DNA of 63,630 nucleotides, filler included, from Choristocarpus tenellus KU-1152 (Eukaryota; Protista; Phaeophyceae): the NCBI GenBank assembly GCA_964200185.2. It is 9 parts of 9 records of this genome, joined end to end, with 100 filler letters (N's around TTAATTAATTAA, not from the genome) between each part and the next. Parts side by side here need not be neighbours in the genome. Positions count along the whole stretch, not along the records: positions 1 to 5,295 come from CAXNAD020011244.1; positions 5,396 to 21,837 come from CAXNAD020000829.1; 7 more parts are not named here. The stretch is one strand, 5' to 3'. The notes under the pieces are model-generated. The model saw only the letters and a program-made list of their open reading frames with translations. It was not told the DNA's origin and did no database searches. The position numbers and the translations under genes are program-made. Below are positions 1 through 12,189 of this stretch, piece by piece (positions within the stretch are counted from its first letter, which is position 1; each line of letters opens with the position of its first letter).

Positions 1-844
1 GGGGGGGGGGGGGGGGGGGGGCGTACGCACTTTACATTGGGAGAAATAAATGGCAGTCTGCACTATCTATCACCCGACGGACCAGATCTTGCGTGCAAAA
101 CATTTGAATAGTAAAAAAAAAGCAACAGTCGGCAGGCACCCTATAACCCTAACTCTATAACCCTAATCCCAAGACCAACATACGAAAAAAAAAGAAAAAA
201 AAGAAGAGAGAGAGTGAGTGAAGTAGAGCAGATCAAACCACCAGTCCGGGACAATTTTCACGAGACTCCTCGCCGTGAAAGGGGAATCGTTTGGGGTTGT
301 GACACTGGAAACTTAACCCATCAATAATTCATGACCAAGCAGCCAACCAATTGCAACCATCGCCTGCACACAACCGCTGCAGTCAACTCAACAATCTAAA
401 GCAAATACCCCCATCCTTATGCTTCAGCATATGCCCTCAAAAGGCATCGTCAGTACTGTGTGTACACATAAATGCGTTGAATATGCGTACATACAGTAGT
501 ACTCCAGCACGTGCGTATGTACCAAGCAAGATACTGCAATAGAACACGATGGTGTTTTTTTTCTTTTTAATCAAACAGATAAAACGTCTTGAGTGCAAGT
601 CCAGTACGTTGACATAAATCACCATCTGATTTCTCAACAGAAACAAAAGAACACACAGGCGCAAACACACTTGACTGCCCCCATCATACCACAAAAACAC
701 TAACGCATAAAAAAATAAAAATATCTCCCGCCCCCCCCTACCCTCCTCCCACACCCTCCTCTCAGTCTAGTCAACCCAAGTTCAAGTTCAAGTCTAAGTT
801 CATCACCATTCCATGCAGCCTCTCTCAGAACCTCCCACTCTCAC

Positions 845-3224
845 CTTAGTACAGAGCGGCTGTCTCCACAGTTGGCCACAATGAGCTCAGTCGGAGTAAC
901 AAAACCCACCACTGCTGTGGTACCACTGGTGACCCCCTCCATCCGCATCGCCTCATCAGTGGCTAGAAACCCTACCTTGCAGGCCCCAGGGATATCTCCT
1001 GCTTTCCACTCCTTTGTGCCCTTCCGTTTCATTCATGAGTGCAGATCAGACAAGCATGTGCATGTGTATGTGTGCTCATGTTCATGTGTGTGTTTGTGAC
1101 TGTGAGTGTGTGTGTGTGTGTGTGTGTGCCTGCCTGCCTGCCGGCCGGCCTTTACCAACACAGTATGCCCCTGTCGCATCGCATGCAAAAGAAAATTAAA
1201 AAATAAAAGTGTTCTACACTTAAGTGGTCATCGTGTGTGCATAGATTTCTTCTGCACATGAAGAGAGAGGGAAACATTCTATGGATAATATTTTAAAATC
1301 CTAATCACATAAATTTAAGGAATCAAAATGATCTATACTCATAATCCTTTTTCATATTATATTCATCTTCATATAATCCATATGATCTATAGTCATGTAG
1401 ACTTGTGAACCAAGAGGATTTGCAAGTTACATCTACAATCAGTTCCGATCTTGATTGCAAAATATAGCCAGTTCATTACAGTTAATTGTCTGGGTCATAG
1501 GGCATGATGACACACTGCCTGCAAGCAGTCCACCCACGAGAAAATCTGACTCCTGAGTGGTGAGGGGCTCCACTGGAGGCAAAAAATATCAAGGTTAAAA
1601 AAATTACAAAGGTGTATACACGGGTGTCATTCCACGAGACATAAACAGGAATCTTGGGAGGCGTCTGCACAAACTTACATGACACCCAGAGTAACTGAAG
1701 AAGAGTCAAAGAAAGTATATTTATCAGGCAATGGTGACAAAATCAGATGTGGTCAACTGTAATTGGTGCTGGTTCACAACTCAAAATATTCAAATATTCA
1801 ACTTCCTGCGGGTGTGTAGGGACAAATGTAAGTTAGGGGGTCAGTCCCCAACGTTAACAAGTAATACAAACTATTGGCTTTTGGTTTTCATGCTGAGATT
1901 CTAGTGGGTGTTTGTGGGTGTGTGAGGGCACTAGATTTTCAAACTCTTGTGTATGGTGTAGTCTCGTAAGAAACAGCTTGTTTCTTCCTTCTTTTTTATT
2001 AATCTCCGTGACATATTTTATCAGTCAGGCACACAAGCACCTAGTTACACGCACAAGAGCACTTCCGCCTCTCCCACAGCCTCTTGGTTGTCGTTCCCGA
2101 CAAAAAATCAAGAAATGGATTGGATTAGACCCGTCTTTTAAAAATAAGAAGCCACTTAAGGTCATCTTGTTTGACGGTAGCTATCAACAAAGAAAGGTAA
2201 CCATCGAAAAAAAAAACAACTGGGTTGGAACCTTCCCTGGAACCAGCAATGATTGATCCCCACGCCACACCTCAATGTTTCCTAGGAGCTTCCTTCGAGC
2301 AAAAGAGGCTGCCTCTATACCACTGTGTCCATCAAATACCCCCAAAACCGTGATCTCCTGCGCAGATCAAAATGCCATTGTTGGTTTCGGTGTAGGGTTA
2401 ATGATTCGCGGTTGCAATTGCAACATTAGTCTCAATGTGTGATTGCCCGGTTCATGGGGCTGAGGTCAGGCAAACTAATTGTATTATGGGCAGGTCCTAC
2501 CAGTAATAATACGAGAAAGGGGAGGGCAAGATGTCCACGCAAACATCAACAATGGTTGTGGTTGCGAGGGGGTGGCTGCTTCTCTACTGGGCAGTCTCGT
2601 AGGGGGTATGAGACGGCAGGAGTAGATAAAACGCTTCCAAATTGCCACGTGGATCATATGCAGCTACATCATCTTACCTGTGCATGGTGTATCTAGGACC
2701 AGGGGAGTTCTACAATATAGTGTTCGGAGAGAAATACGCAAGAGTGAAACGCAAGACAAGGCTGTTACTCGGTTCTCGTTCTTCGACTCGATGAATACGT
2801 CAGATGTGTGCTCTAGGCAAAAAAAATCGGTATAGAGGAGGTGTCTCTGATACCTTTTTAGATAGTGTGCCACACTCGACAAGTGCTACATCTTCCATCG
2901 TCTTCCTATAGCCTTGCACAGCACACTGGACAATGAGCACCCCTTCGTGTTGAAACTCCTGTAGGCGGCACAAGAGGGGAGGCTGTCACAAGAAATTGTA
3001 TGCCATTGCAGTGGGATGTACTGAACCTTCGAGTTGGCAAGGGGAGGCATGTTTCCTGAGTCTATTGTGCGGTTTTAGTGGGGTGACGCGAGAGTGGCCA
3101 CATCGATTGGCCGTTGCCAAATCGATTTGCCGTTGCACACCTCTATCTCGAAGTCCAATACTGGGTCCTCCAGCGTAGACCCCTTCCCCTGCTCATCTTC
3201 CTTTTTCGACATTAAGCAACCCAT
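845..3224 (-). CDS. PP2C/PPM-family Ser/Thr protein phosphatase, 5' part (exons 3141-3224, 2854-2958, 2271-2357, 845-1020; 3' end not in window)
   Basis: GT-AG spliced exons join in frame: MGCLMSKKED...CAVQGYRKTMED...VLGVFDGHSG...FLATD...SGTTAVV...LIVANCGDSRSVL. These are the canonical PPM motifs (QGxRxxMED, DGHxG, ANxGDSR). Confidence 0.92.
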
Positions 3225-3619
3225 CTTTGCCTGGTTCCTGAAAACCTATATTATCGAGGTGCCTCAACAAACGTAAAAAAGTGTTGCACCAGTCCCTCCT
3301 TGTTCGAGTTACAGCAATTTTATTGGTGACCCTGTCGGTCACTCAGTCTCGACCAATCACGGAGCAGCCCTGGGAGTTGGATACGTGTAGGCATAGGTAC
3401 CCTCAAAGAAGGGCACTCGGGGGTACGAACTGAGATGTTACAGTTATTTCTCACTATCTCTTAACACAATGAAGTATTCAAGATTGATGTTTTGTAAAAT
3501 TCATGTCGAGTGGTGTGATGGAATGGAAGGATAGAAAGTGGGCAATTTCATATTATTTTTTACAAGTGGTATTATCAGATAATATTTAGGAACTCATACA
3601 CTACAAAATATATTTTGTG

Positions 3620-4700
3620 TTCTAAGCAATACAATGTGACACATCTGCAAAATGGCAGAGGGAATAATATAAATACAATGTGTAAGGTGAGGTAGTTGGG
3701 TTGAAAGGTAAATAACGATGGAGGTATGAGGTTATGTGTGATTCAATAAGGTTTGTTTTTAGAAGGAAGAAGTTTAGAATTGTTGGGGCACAGATAAACC
3801 TATAGACCAGAGTAGCACCAACTAACTCAGTAATGTGGTCACTAAGAATCGAGTCGCAGGAAACTTTTTTGAATCCACAATGTGAGCGACGAGTAGAGAA
3901 ACGACGAGAGGGTCCCTCCCTATCTATGGCGGTCAGGTTCATCGTCTCAAACAGGAAGGAGCTAAAAAGGGCCATTCACTCACAAAAAAAATTGCTAGGC
4001 AGTAGGAGAAGCAACAGCGTTAAAGCCACCATCATGGGACTCCAGGAGGACAACATAGAGCTGATTTCGGGTATGTGACTCAGCTAGCTTGAGGTAACAG
4101 TATCCAACCTGATGATCCAGACTGCTGCAATAGACTCTTATATTCTTCCTCCATTGCCCATGGCAGGGGCAGGGGGCAAAGAGGTAGAAACAGGAGGAGA
4201 TGAAAACATTCCAACAAGGCTGTTTGCAAACTTTGGCAAAATGACATGAAAGATAAAAGGGTGGGGGTGGTTCATGGGGATTCCTCTATCTCTTCTGCCA
4301 CCTTTTGCGGTACGGGTGAGAATAACATCCTGCTGTCAGAAGTTGCTATATTGCTATGTAGAATATATTTCTTGAGAGTTATTAACAGAGATGCATAGAT
4401 ATCACATGGAAAATAAGTAGCTATGCCCAAGATGAGCGTCCCACATGAGCCAATCTGTACAGGGAACAACCCTACCTCCCACGTTGATCTATCTAACCTT
4501 CTGCTCAATTATGACAGAAGCGATCCACAGCAAGACTTTTTGTCAAGAACAACAGCTATTGATGTAGTCTGACCACTCTGGAGGCCTGGAGCTGACAAAT
4601 TTACCCCCACAATCAATTCAACAATGCTCAACCACCACTTCCACAGGCCAAGCTGGGGAGTACCTACCTGCAGATGGAGCACCAAAATGGAGGTGCTGTG
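3620..4700 (-). mobile_element. Decayed retroelement gag/ORF1 relic with a broken zinc knuckle
   Basis: Minus strand 4097-4138 reads RVYCSSLDHQVGYC, matching CX2CX4HX4C with the first Cys lost. Surrounding frames are broken; boundaries are approximate. Confidence 0.3.
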
Positions 4701-5295
4701 AACCGGGACATCAAGGGGCTTCAGTTCAATAAATTGACACTATTCCCAGGTAGATTACTGGAAAAGTTCGACTTTGGATTACTGATTATTTTTGTCAGAA
4801 TACACACTTAACTGACTGATATATTTGACACAACCTCCTAGTAGTGCCTAAGGGTGTCACTACTCACTCACAAAAGTCACACCTGTTGTCTCTGTCTGCT
4901 TCCACTCTCTTGTATCCATGAATGTACCTTTTAGTGATATCTCAATATATCTATTACTGTGAAGTTTAGTCGTGTAAGATGTAAATTATAATAATCATGA
5001 TGAATCAATCTTCGCTCTTCACATTCAACATGTTTATTCACAGTCATATATTCCTCAGTCTTCTGAGCAATAGTCGGTATCGGATACCACTATTAATAAT
5101 ACTGCAACTGTTACAGGCGCCCCAGAAAGCTTACCTCCCCAGGATGTATAGCGCCAATCCACGGTCGTATAGATGATGCTGATGTACGTATAGGACTCCT
5201 GATGCACAAGTCGTCAAGTATGCTGGATCTCTCACTTGGATTATCGTCAATGTCATATAAAAAAAGGAACTGGTCCACGATGTCTTGTCACAATC

Positions 5296-5395
5296 NNNNN
5301 NNNNNNNNNNNNNNNNNNNNNNNNNNNNNNNNNNNNNNNTTAATTAATTAANNNNNNNNNNNNNNNNNNNNNNNNNNNNNNNNNNNNNNNNNNNN
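5296..5395. other. Artificial contig linker N44-TTAATTAATTAA-N44
   Basis: Identical 100-bp spacer that places stop codons in all six frames; occurs 8 times in the window. Confidence 0.98.
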
Positions 5396-5990
5396 CTTCA
5401 ATGTCATAATGGTGTTTATGAAACCACCATCAAGACATATCGCCTGTAACAGTGTATGGCTTAGAGGGCTGTTTCTCCACTCCCAGGACGAGTTTTTTCA
5501 CCGGAGAAGAAGAGACGTGATCCTCCATGTCTCATCTGTCTGTGTGCAACCCTAAACTCTTCATTGTCATTGTAGCTCCACTGTTATGCCCAAAATCTCA
5601 TCAGACAGCAGCCAGCCAGCCAGCCAGCCCTCATCATTGAGCTTGGTCAAGAACACACGCTCTCCGTCGTAGTCGTGACACCTCTTTGATTTCTTGTTCT
5701 GCAGTGATTGACCGGTCCACTCCATCAAGCGTGAGTCCCCCTCTCAACAAACGGCAATCACCAGTGTGTATGCTCTGCCCAACCCCTTCCTTCAACTTCT
5801 GTGAAATTTGAAGCCTGGAGGTAGAGACCGCACCACAATATCCAGCATGCCCTTCGACAGAGGGACTTCTGCAGCCATTGTGCCGAGTTCTGTGTGGTCA
5901 ATCTACGTTGTAGGGAGTTGCGTGTGATGGTCAAGCTCTGAAAGCCTCGCACAGTATATTGTTAACAGTCACCTTTATGATGGCATCATA

Positions 5991-6302
5991 GGTCTTGATT
6001 AATTTCGAGGTGATGCAAGGCGTCCTGATCGGTGATCAGCGCATCAAATTAAAGCTGAGATCATAAACAGTCGATTGGTGCAAAGAAACCCGTCGCAAAA
6101 AAACATCTTGATATGATTTTCAGCGATTATCATTTTTTTTGCAATTCACCCGAACCTTTCGGCATCGAAAAACTCAACACAAAATAACTTGCGACCGGAT
6201 TTTTTTTCTTTGCCCCAATTGACGGCATTTGATTTCAGCTTAAATTTGATGTGCTGATCACTGATCAGGACGCCTTGCGTCATCTCGAAATTTATCGAGG
6301 CC
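5991..6302. mobile_element. Foldback MITE with ~110-bp terminal inverted repeats
   Basis: ggtcttgattaatttcgaggtgatgcaaggcgtcctgatcggtgatcagcgcatcaaattaaagctga... pairs with the reverse complement of ...tcagcttaaatttgatgtgctgatcactgatcaggacgccttgcgtcatctcgaaatttatcgaggcc. No clean TSD seen. Confidence 0.75.
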
Positions 6303-6704
6303 GGTCTTATCCTATAGGCAACTGCCAACACCATACCTCCTCACTTTTCTTCTGAAACTAGGCCTTGACACGTGGTCAGATTGCATAAGACACAACACTA
6401 TTTCTTATACCCTACAAACTACATGTTCCACTGCATTTTGCACTACTATCTCATTATCGTGATTCGTTTTTTTTCTCACACATTGGGAATTAAATCAACT
6501 GAGAGTTATGGGCAGGGTTGTATTTCAAGGATCTCAAGAAGGTACAAGAACACTTTGTGCAATGGAAGAATGGGTTTTTGGCGAATTGTGGTTTCACTTC
6601 ATGTGTGGGAAGAGTGAATGTCAATTTTCAACACTATTGTGCACATAATGCAATGGAATAGAGCGTATTGCACGGTGTAAGAAAGATGCCTTAGAATACA
6701 AAAA

Positions 6705-7052
6705 AGGGTTCAAATCTACCGACCTCTCAATTGCTTTGGCTCTGGGTTCAGGTGTACCACGCCATTCGTCACACCACCTCTATCTTGTGCATACTCGAAC
6801 TCTGTCTGCAAGGGAAGTTCCACCACCACGATCCAAATCTTTCTATGCATTCCAACAGAATAGACTGTGTTGCACAGGGTAAGAATTTCGGCTTAGTATG
6901 CAAAAGGGCTCAAATCTGCCTACCTCTTGATTGCTTTAGCTTTGGGTTCAGTTGACCCATGCCGATTGACACCTCACCTCTATCTTGTGCTTATCCGCAC
7001 TGTTTCGGCAATGAAACTGCAGCCACCATGATTAAGATCTTTCTACACGTCC
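6705..7052. repeat. Diverged ~200-bp tandem duplication
   Basis: The block aggg(t/c)tcaaatct...ttgcttt...gggttcag...cacctctatcttgtgc...atctttcta starts at both ~6705 and ~6905. Confidence 0.7.
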
Positions 7053-7069
7053 CTTTTTTGTGGTTTAAT

Positions 7070-7235
7070 GAAAGGTAGTAAAGTAAGTGCATTTAACATC
7101 TCCCAACACACTCATCAAATGATCCATTGAAGTCAAATTTCCTGTGAAGTAAATCTGGCCTCTACAACCGTGGTTCGAACCCAGGCGCCCCCATCATGGC
7201 ATGAGGATGGGCAACCACCTAATAATGTACATGAA
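7070..7235 (-). mobile_element. Possible tRNA-derived SINE
   Basis: Minus strand has a degenerate tRNA-like head (ggtggttgcccatcctcatGCCatgatgggggcgcctGGGTTCGAACCacgg; B-box, Gly-like loop) followed by a short body ending in actttactacc. Confidence 0.3.
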
Positions 7236-7429
7236 CAAGGTTAAAAAAAGAATGTCTTTTGCCATTTTAGCTTTTGGTATTTTGTTTTTTTATATGACTC
7301 ACTTTATTCTGGGGGCTGTCAGTACTTGTCGCCTGAGCGACTACACACTGGACTATCGACGCTTCTCATACTATCTACTAATTACTGTACTGCTGTTACA
7401 GGCGAATAGCTCGAGCATTTCTTTTCGTC

Positions 7430-10100
7430 TTCTAGAAAGCGCGAGCAGTATACGAGATTCGTAACACATCAGTGACCTTACAGACTAAATGCTGATTTCT
7501 TAGAAGTCGCAGGAAAGATTTGTAATTTGAGTAAGTATACAATGGTTGGTAGATGTCTTTCAATTTGTATTCTGTAGAACTCTGGTGGATGATGCAAATA
7601 AAAATTACTTTGACTACCACAAAAATACATCTTGACCCACTCTTTTTATCTCGATTAAATCTTAAGTCAAGCATTGAGCTACGCACTGATTGAAGCATCA
7701 AGAGAAGAGTAGCTGACACCCATTTGTGGCTATTAACTGTGGACCCCCGTAGCGTTGTCTTAAGATCGTTGGATTTGAGTTGCACATCCTGTGTGTGGAG
7801 GTGAGTTCTGGAGCGCGCTGTAACACTGCCTCCATCCAGCCTTAGCTCTCAGGAATTGGGTTCAGGTCACCCATTGCTCGTCGCTCCGTCTCCCTCGTAT
7901 TTTGTCTCCAACCTACCTCGAGGTTCTCTAAATTGGTCTTGGTCCGGCGTTTTGTGGTGTAGAGACAAGCACCTCTTGTGCTTCCCATGAGGAATATGAT
8001 CTAAAACAGATTTCCACCAAAAAATGGAGTCTGACGTCGGAGAGGTTCGAACCATCAAGAATTAAACGGACAATTATGCATGTGGGTAGTTGCCACCTTT
8101 TCCACTGGAAAACACACGCAAATATTAAGTATAAAACGTGGTGATGCGATAGTAAATGTGAGTAGTAACAACGTTTCATATTAATACTACGTCAAGCATA
8201 ACAACAAGAAGAGAACCAAAGTATCTTAGAGGGTAGATCCACATCCGTTTGGGGGTTAAAATCCAATGTTGCGATTTTGATGTGATTTTGGCTATTGTGT
8301 TTGTTAGGAAGTGTCAATATCCTTGTTCCGGACACATCTTTCATAACATATACAATTTACCTACTCCGAAACATATTGGAGTAGGAAAATTTCATAAAAA
8401 AAAAAGGGAAGTCAAGCCCCAAATGGACAAACAGGGCAAAACTCGTACTCTCTAAGATATTTCCACTCAGATTCATTAAACAGAATTCTTGCCCTTCCCT
8501 AGGCCTTTATCTGATATGGGTATCCTCATGGATCAGTGGTTATGGTGCCAGCACCAAGTTAACCAATTGAGAGGTAGGCAAGGTTGCATTGGATCCCGAG
8601 AAAGGGCAAAAAGATATCATTTGTACAATTGGAGAGCCTCTGCTTAGTTATTATGGTGTTACTCTGAGTGTGCAAAGGGGGAGTATCAATTTTGCGTACA
8701 CTATCATGCACATAAAGCAATGAAGTAGAGTGTATTGCATAGGTGGAGGGAGGTAAGTATTGCTCGCAACGGTCTCCATACGAGACTTTTATGTCGAGCA
8801 TATCCTGTGTGAGAGATGGAGGATGTCCACATGTTCGAAAAGAATGCCTTGTATCTTTGAGACTTTGCTCTGTTGATGCAAGTTGAATTTTGTGCATGCA
8901 GACCCGTACGTAGAGTCTCTGTGGATATGGTGGCAGATGTTGTCTGCCAGGGTTGGTGTAGGTGCCAAAGCTACTTGTTGTATTGAATCCTGGCACTGTA
9001 GAGAAGCAGAGAGGCATTGTGGAACATGATTGAAAGTCTACTGGTGGGTGGAGGCAGTGTTGGTGCGGGCAGTTCTCACCTGTGTCTATCTGCCAAGCTT
9101 TAGATAGGTTGACAGGGAACCTGTATTGCTCATATCCAGACTGCAGGGCCAGGAACAAGACAGTCCATGCCACCAACAAGTGTTTCAATGATCCTGCTCA
9201 CGCTGGTAAATGGCCTGTTAGGAAAGTAAAACCAGGTAGGCCATTCAACACCCTGTACGGTTGAATAGAAGCATTAGTGGCAAAGGTGTCTCAGTCTCCG
9301 CAACAACTCCTGTAGGTCCCCCTGGAGCCCCCACAGCAGCATCCCCTGCAGTTCCCCTAGGTTGTCATCGCTACACCCACTTTCAGGGGTTGGAGCCATT
9401 CATAGGGGCAATAGCATGCCTGAGCGGTGAAGGAAATTGGCTGGAATTCAGTTGTGGTTTCCAAGCACAGGATATAGTCCTACAATCGCTTTCACTATGA
9501 GTGACTCGGATCTATGAAAGTGGCTGGTGATGACAGCCACTGGGTTGTGTTAATGGGACAGCGGTGAAATGGACAGGTGTTCAAATAGACTCTTCCAACT
9601 CTATTGGATCATTGTAGTAAAGTGAACTAAGACCAGCCGTGATAGACGGTGTGCGTGGGTGCACGAACAAGGTCCGCATGGAGAAATCCGAACAGGATGG
9701 ATACAGAACTCATCCATCTGAAGTCTGATGCCTGAGTTTGAACAGTTTGCAACATGACCCAACTAATTGAGAGTCACCCATGACAACCTCAAAGAAAAAA
9801 TAATCACTCAAGAGGGTCCCAAAGTAAGCATCATCATGAAAAAAAGATATGCGGCAGGGACAATGAATCCATGGAGATTCTGACCAGAACAGAAACCATA
9901 AATCCACTGAGATGGGATGAAGAGTCCATGGACGACGTATCACTGAAGCAAGAATCTTGACCAGAGATTAACCTCTGGAGGTGTCCTCAGACTCGAAACT
10001 GGGAAAGATCAATGGCGAAAGTCTCGATCCGAGATGTGCCATGAGGGTGTCCCTTGGACTTGGCAAACTGGAAAGAGTCTCAACCTGAGACATGGCACCG
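7430..10100 (-). mobile_element. Heavily decayed LTR-retrotransposon (copia-like gag) relics, interrupted by a MITE
   Basis: Fragmented minus-strand frames such as RLETKYEGDGA resemble copia gag helices; many stops; no intact domain. Confidence 0.25.
8213..8468 (+). mobile_element. MITE subfamily A (Sola2-like), full length
   Basis: Ends gaaccaaagtatcttagagggtag ... gtactctctaagatatttccactc; interior matches the other A copies; no clean TSD. Confidence 0.9.
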
Positions 10101-11429
10101 TAGGTGTCCCTAAACCTGCTCTACACACAACTATAGGAATAGTAAAATTGGTACACCATAAATTAATCAATGGTAATGAGCACATGAGGCATGAAGCACC
10201 TTTCAACAAAGAGGAAATCAAGTTAACAGTCTTTACCACCTTGATATCGTTTTTCTCTTCATTTCGATTTAAGGATTACCATGTATAGAGAAAAAGGTTT
10301 TGGGGCCCCCTCACCACTATTAATGTATCTATCATATCGAACTTTTTGTGATATTTCCAGTATACGTCCAAGAACTACCAAAGAAATCCAACTATTTTCA
10401 AATACTCTGAAGTTCATCACCGTGTACTACGATGAAAAAAGACAAACCAGCTGTTCCTCATGTAGAAATTTCGTAGCACCACCCACTCAAAAAGATTGTT
10501 GCACGTATGTCTTGTGCTTACGGGCAATGAGTTTCCTTCTTTGATATTAGGTGATATAAATAGTGAGGTTGTGCATTTCTTAGGGCATTCCAACGAACCA
10601 AACATCTTAGTAGTGCATTATTAATAGCAATGCGATCAAGACTACCAATTCACCCCTTTCTCAAAATAGTCTACAATATGTTGGCTTGCTTCAAACTACT
10701 TTTCTTTCTTCATATAAATGTAGAAAGGTAGGGACCCTGGCTAAGACTCAAGAATATAGCTCATCAGCAATTTTTGAATCCACAAAGATTGAGGTTAACA
10801 GTTCGCCTTAAGCAGTCATGTTTATTGCACAAGACAGTGTCGACAGACACACAGCGGAGGACTTGACATCCGTTTATCATGGTGGAAATAATTCAAGTTA
10901 TCATAGATGGGGCTGTACTGTGTGACAATTTTCAAAACCATATGCCTACAAATCTCTTAGCTAAGAGGAACATTCCTATTCATTATCTTTCAAATCTTGA
11001 GACTTCATCGCTGACCCAAACAACACATTATCGACTTTGAACTTGAGGGCATACACCAGTGTCTCCTTTCACTCACAGCCATATGTGAACTACATACTGA
11101 AAGAAATACCACAATATTCATCCATAGAAGGGATTTTTCCATCGTTGATATTGGCAAGGCTCTCAATGTGACACACACATACACACACATATATATACAT
11201 TTGTGCCTTGTACTATTCAACATATATTTTGAAGACTAGAATAAAGTACCGTTAACTTTCGTACCTTGATTGGAAGTCTATTTCTCACATTCAATATATC
11301 CTTGCCTCTAGCATATACATGCCGCAACAACTACTCCATAAACCCCACAGTTACAAACTTTCCAGTGGTCTCACCCACTCCCTCATGATCATTCTTGTAT
11401 ATATATATTTTTTTTCTTGGTGCTCTCTG

Positions 11430-11960
11430 TGTTCTGTTGGCTGGAGGAGTGTTAGTCGTGACAATCTAGACTGGACAAAAAAGCTTTGCATTGGACCTTG
11501 GCAGATAGAAATGAAGAAGCTTGCCTTGTTGCTGAGATGTCCTCAGTGTCAACTGGAAAGGGCAAAGGTCAAACACCATATACAGCAACAATACATACCC
11601 GCATACTCCCAAGTGCCAGCTATCATACCTTGGAGTTGAAAGTCAGTTGTACGGACTATCTTTGACACCAAGACAGGGCTTCAATCATGAAGAAGACCTG
11701 GACAAGTTCAACAATTAGATATACAATACCATCCTCACTAGATGCCACACTGCTCAAGCCATTTCAGTTCAATCAGGACGTACTCACAATATGTCACTCG
11801 ACAAAGAAAGACTCCACTCAGTTGTCAACAACCATAGTGCTTCAAGAGTCAGGGGACACAAGGGTTAGCTGATATTGTGGCCAACTATTCAGATCTGCAC
11901 CTCAACATAACAAATCAACAAGATCTATGAGGCACCAGCATCCTAATATATTATGCACAC
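11430..11960 (+). mobile_element. Decayed LINE ORF2 fragment
   Basis: Broken frames include LDATLLKPFQFNQDVLTICHS, resembling the pre-RT linker of LINE ORF2. Confidence 0.25.
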
Positions 11961-12189
11961 CTATGGCAAACCCATTGCACTAAAAACAGTACTAATCCAA
12001 TGCAAAATTAGAACTCAGAATGGAGGTCAATTTCTTATACCCAAAATGATGTACAACAATAAAAATATACAACTCAGTGATAGAATGTTGGCCTAAATTT
12101 AGCAATCTTACCTTTTCCCATTGCACAGTTACACTTCAGAAAGATAGGCATGTTGCACCATAACCCCATCCCTTATTTTCCCTGTCCCA

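Noticed and set aside
5340-5351. TTAATTAATTAA palindrome recurring 8 times
   Set aside because: Always centred in N runs of identical length; a synthetic six-frame stop linker.
7150-7235. tRNA-Gly(GCC) gene
   Set aside because: A B-box is present, but I cannot fold convincing acceptor and D stems; kept only as a possible SINE head.
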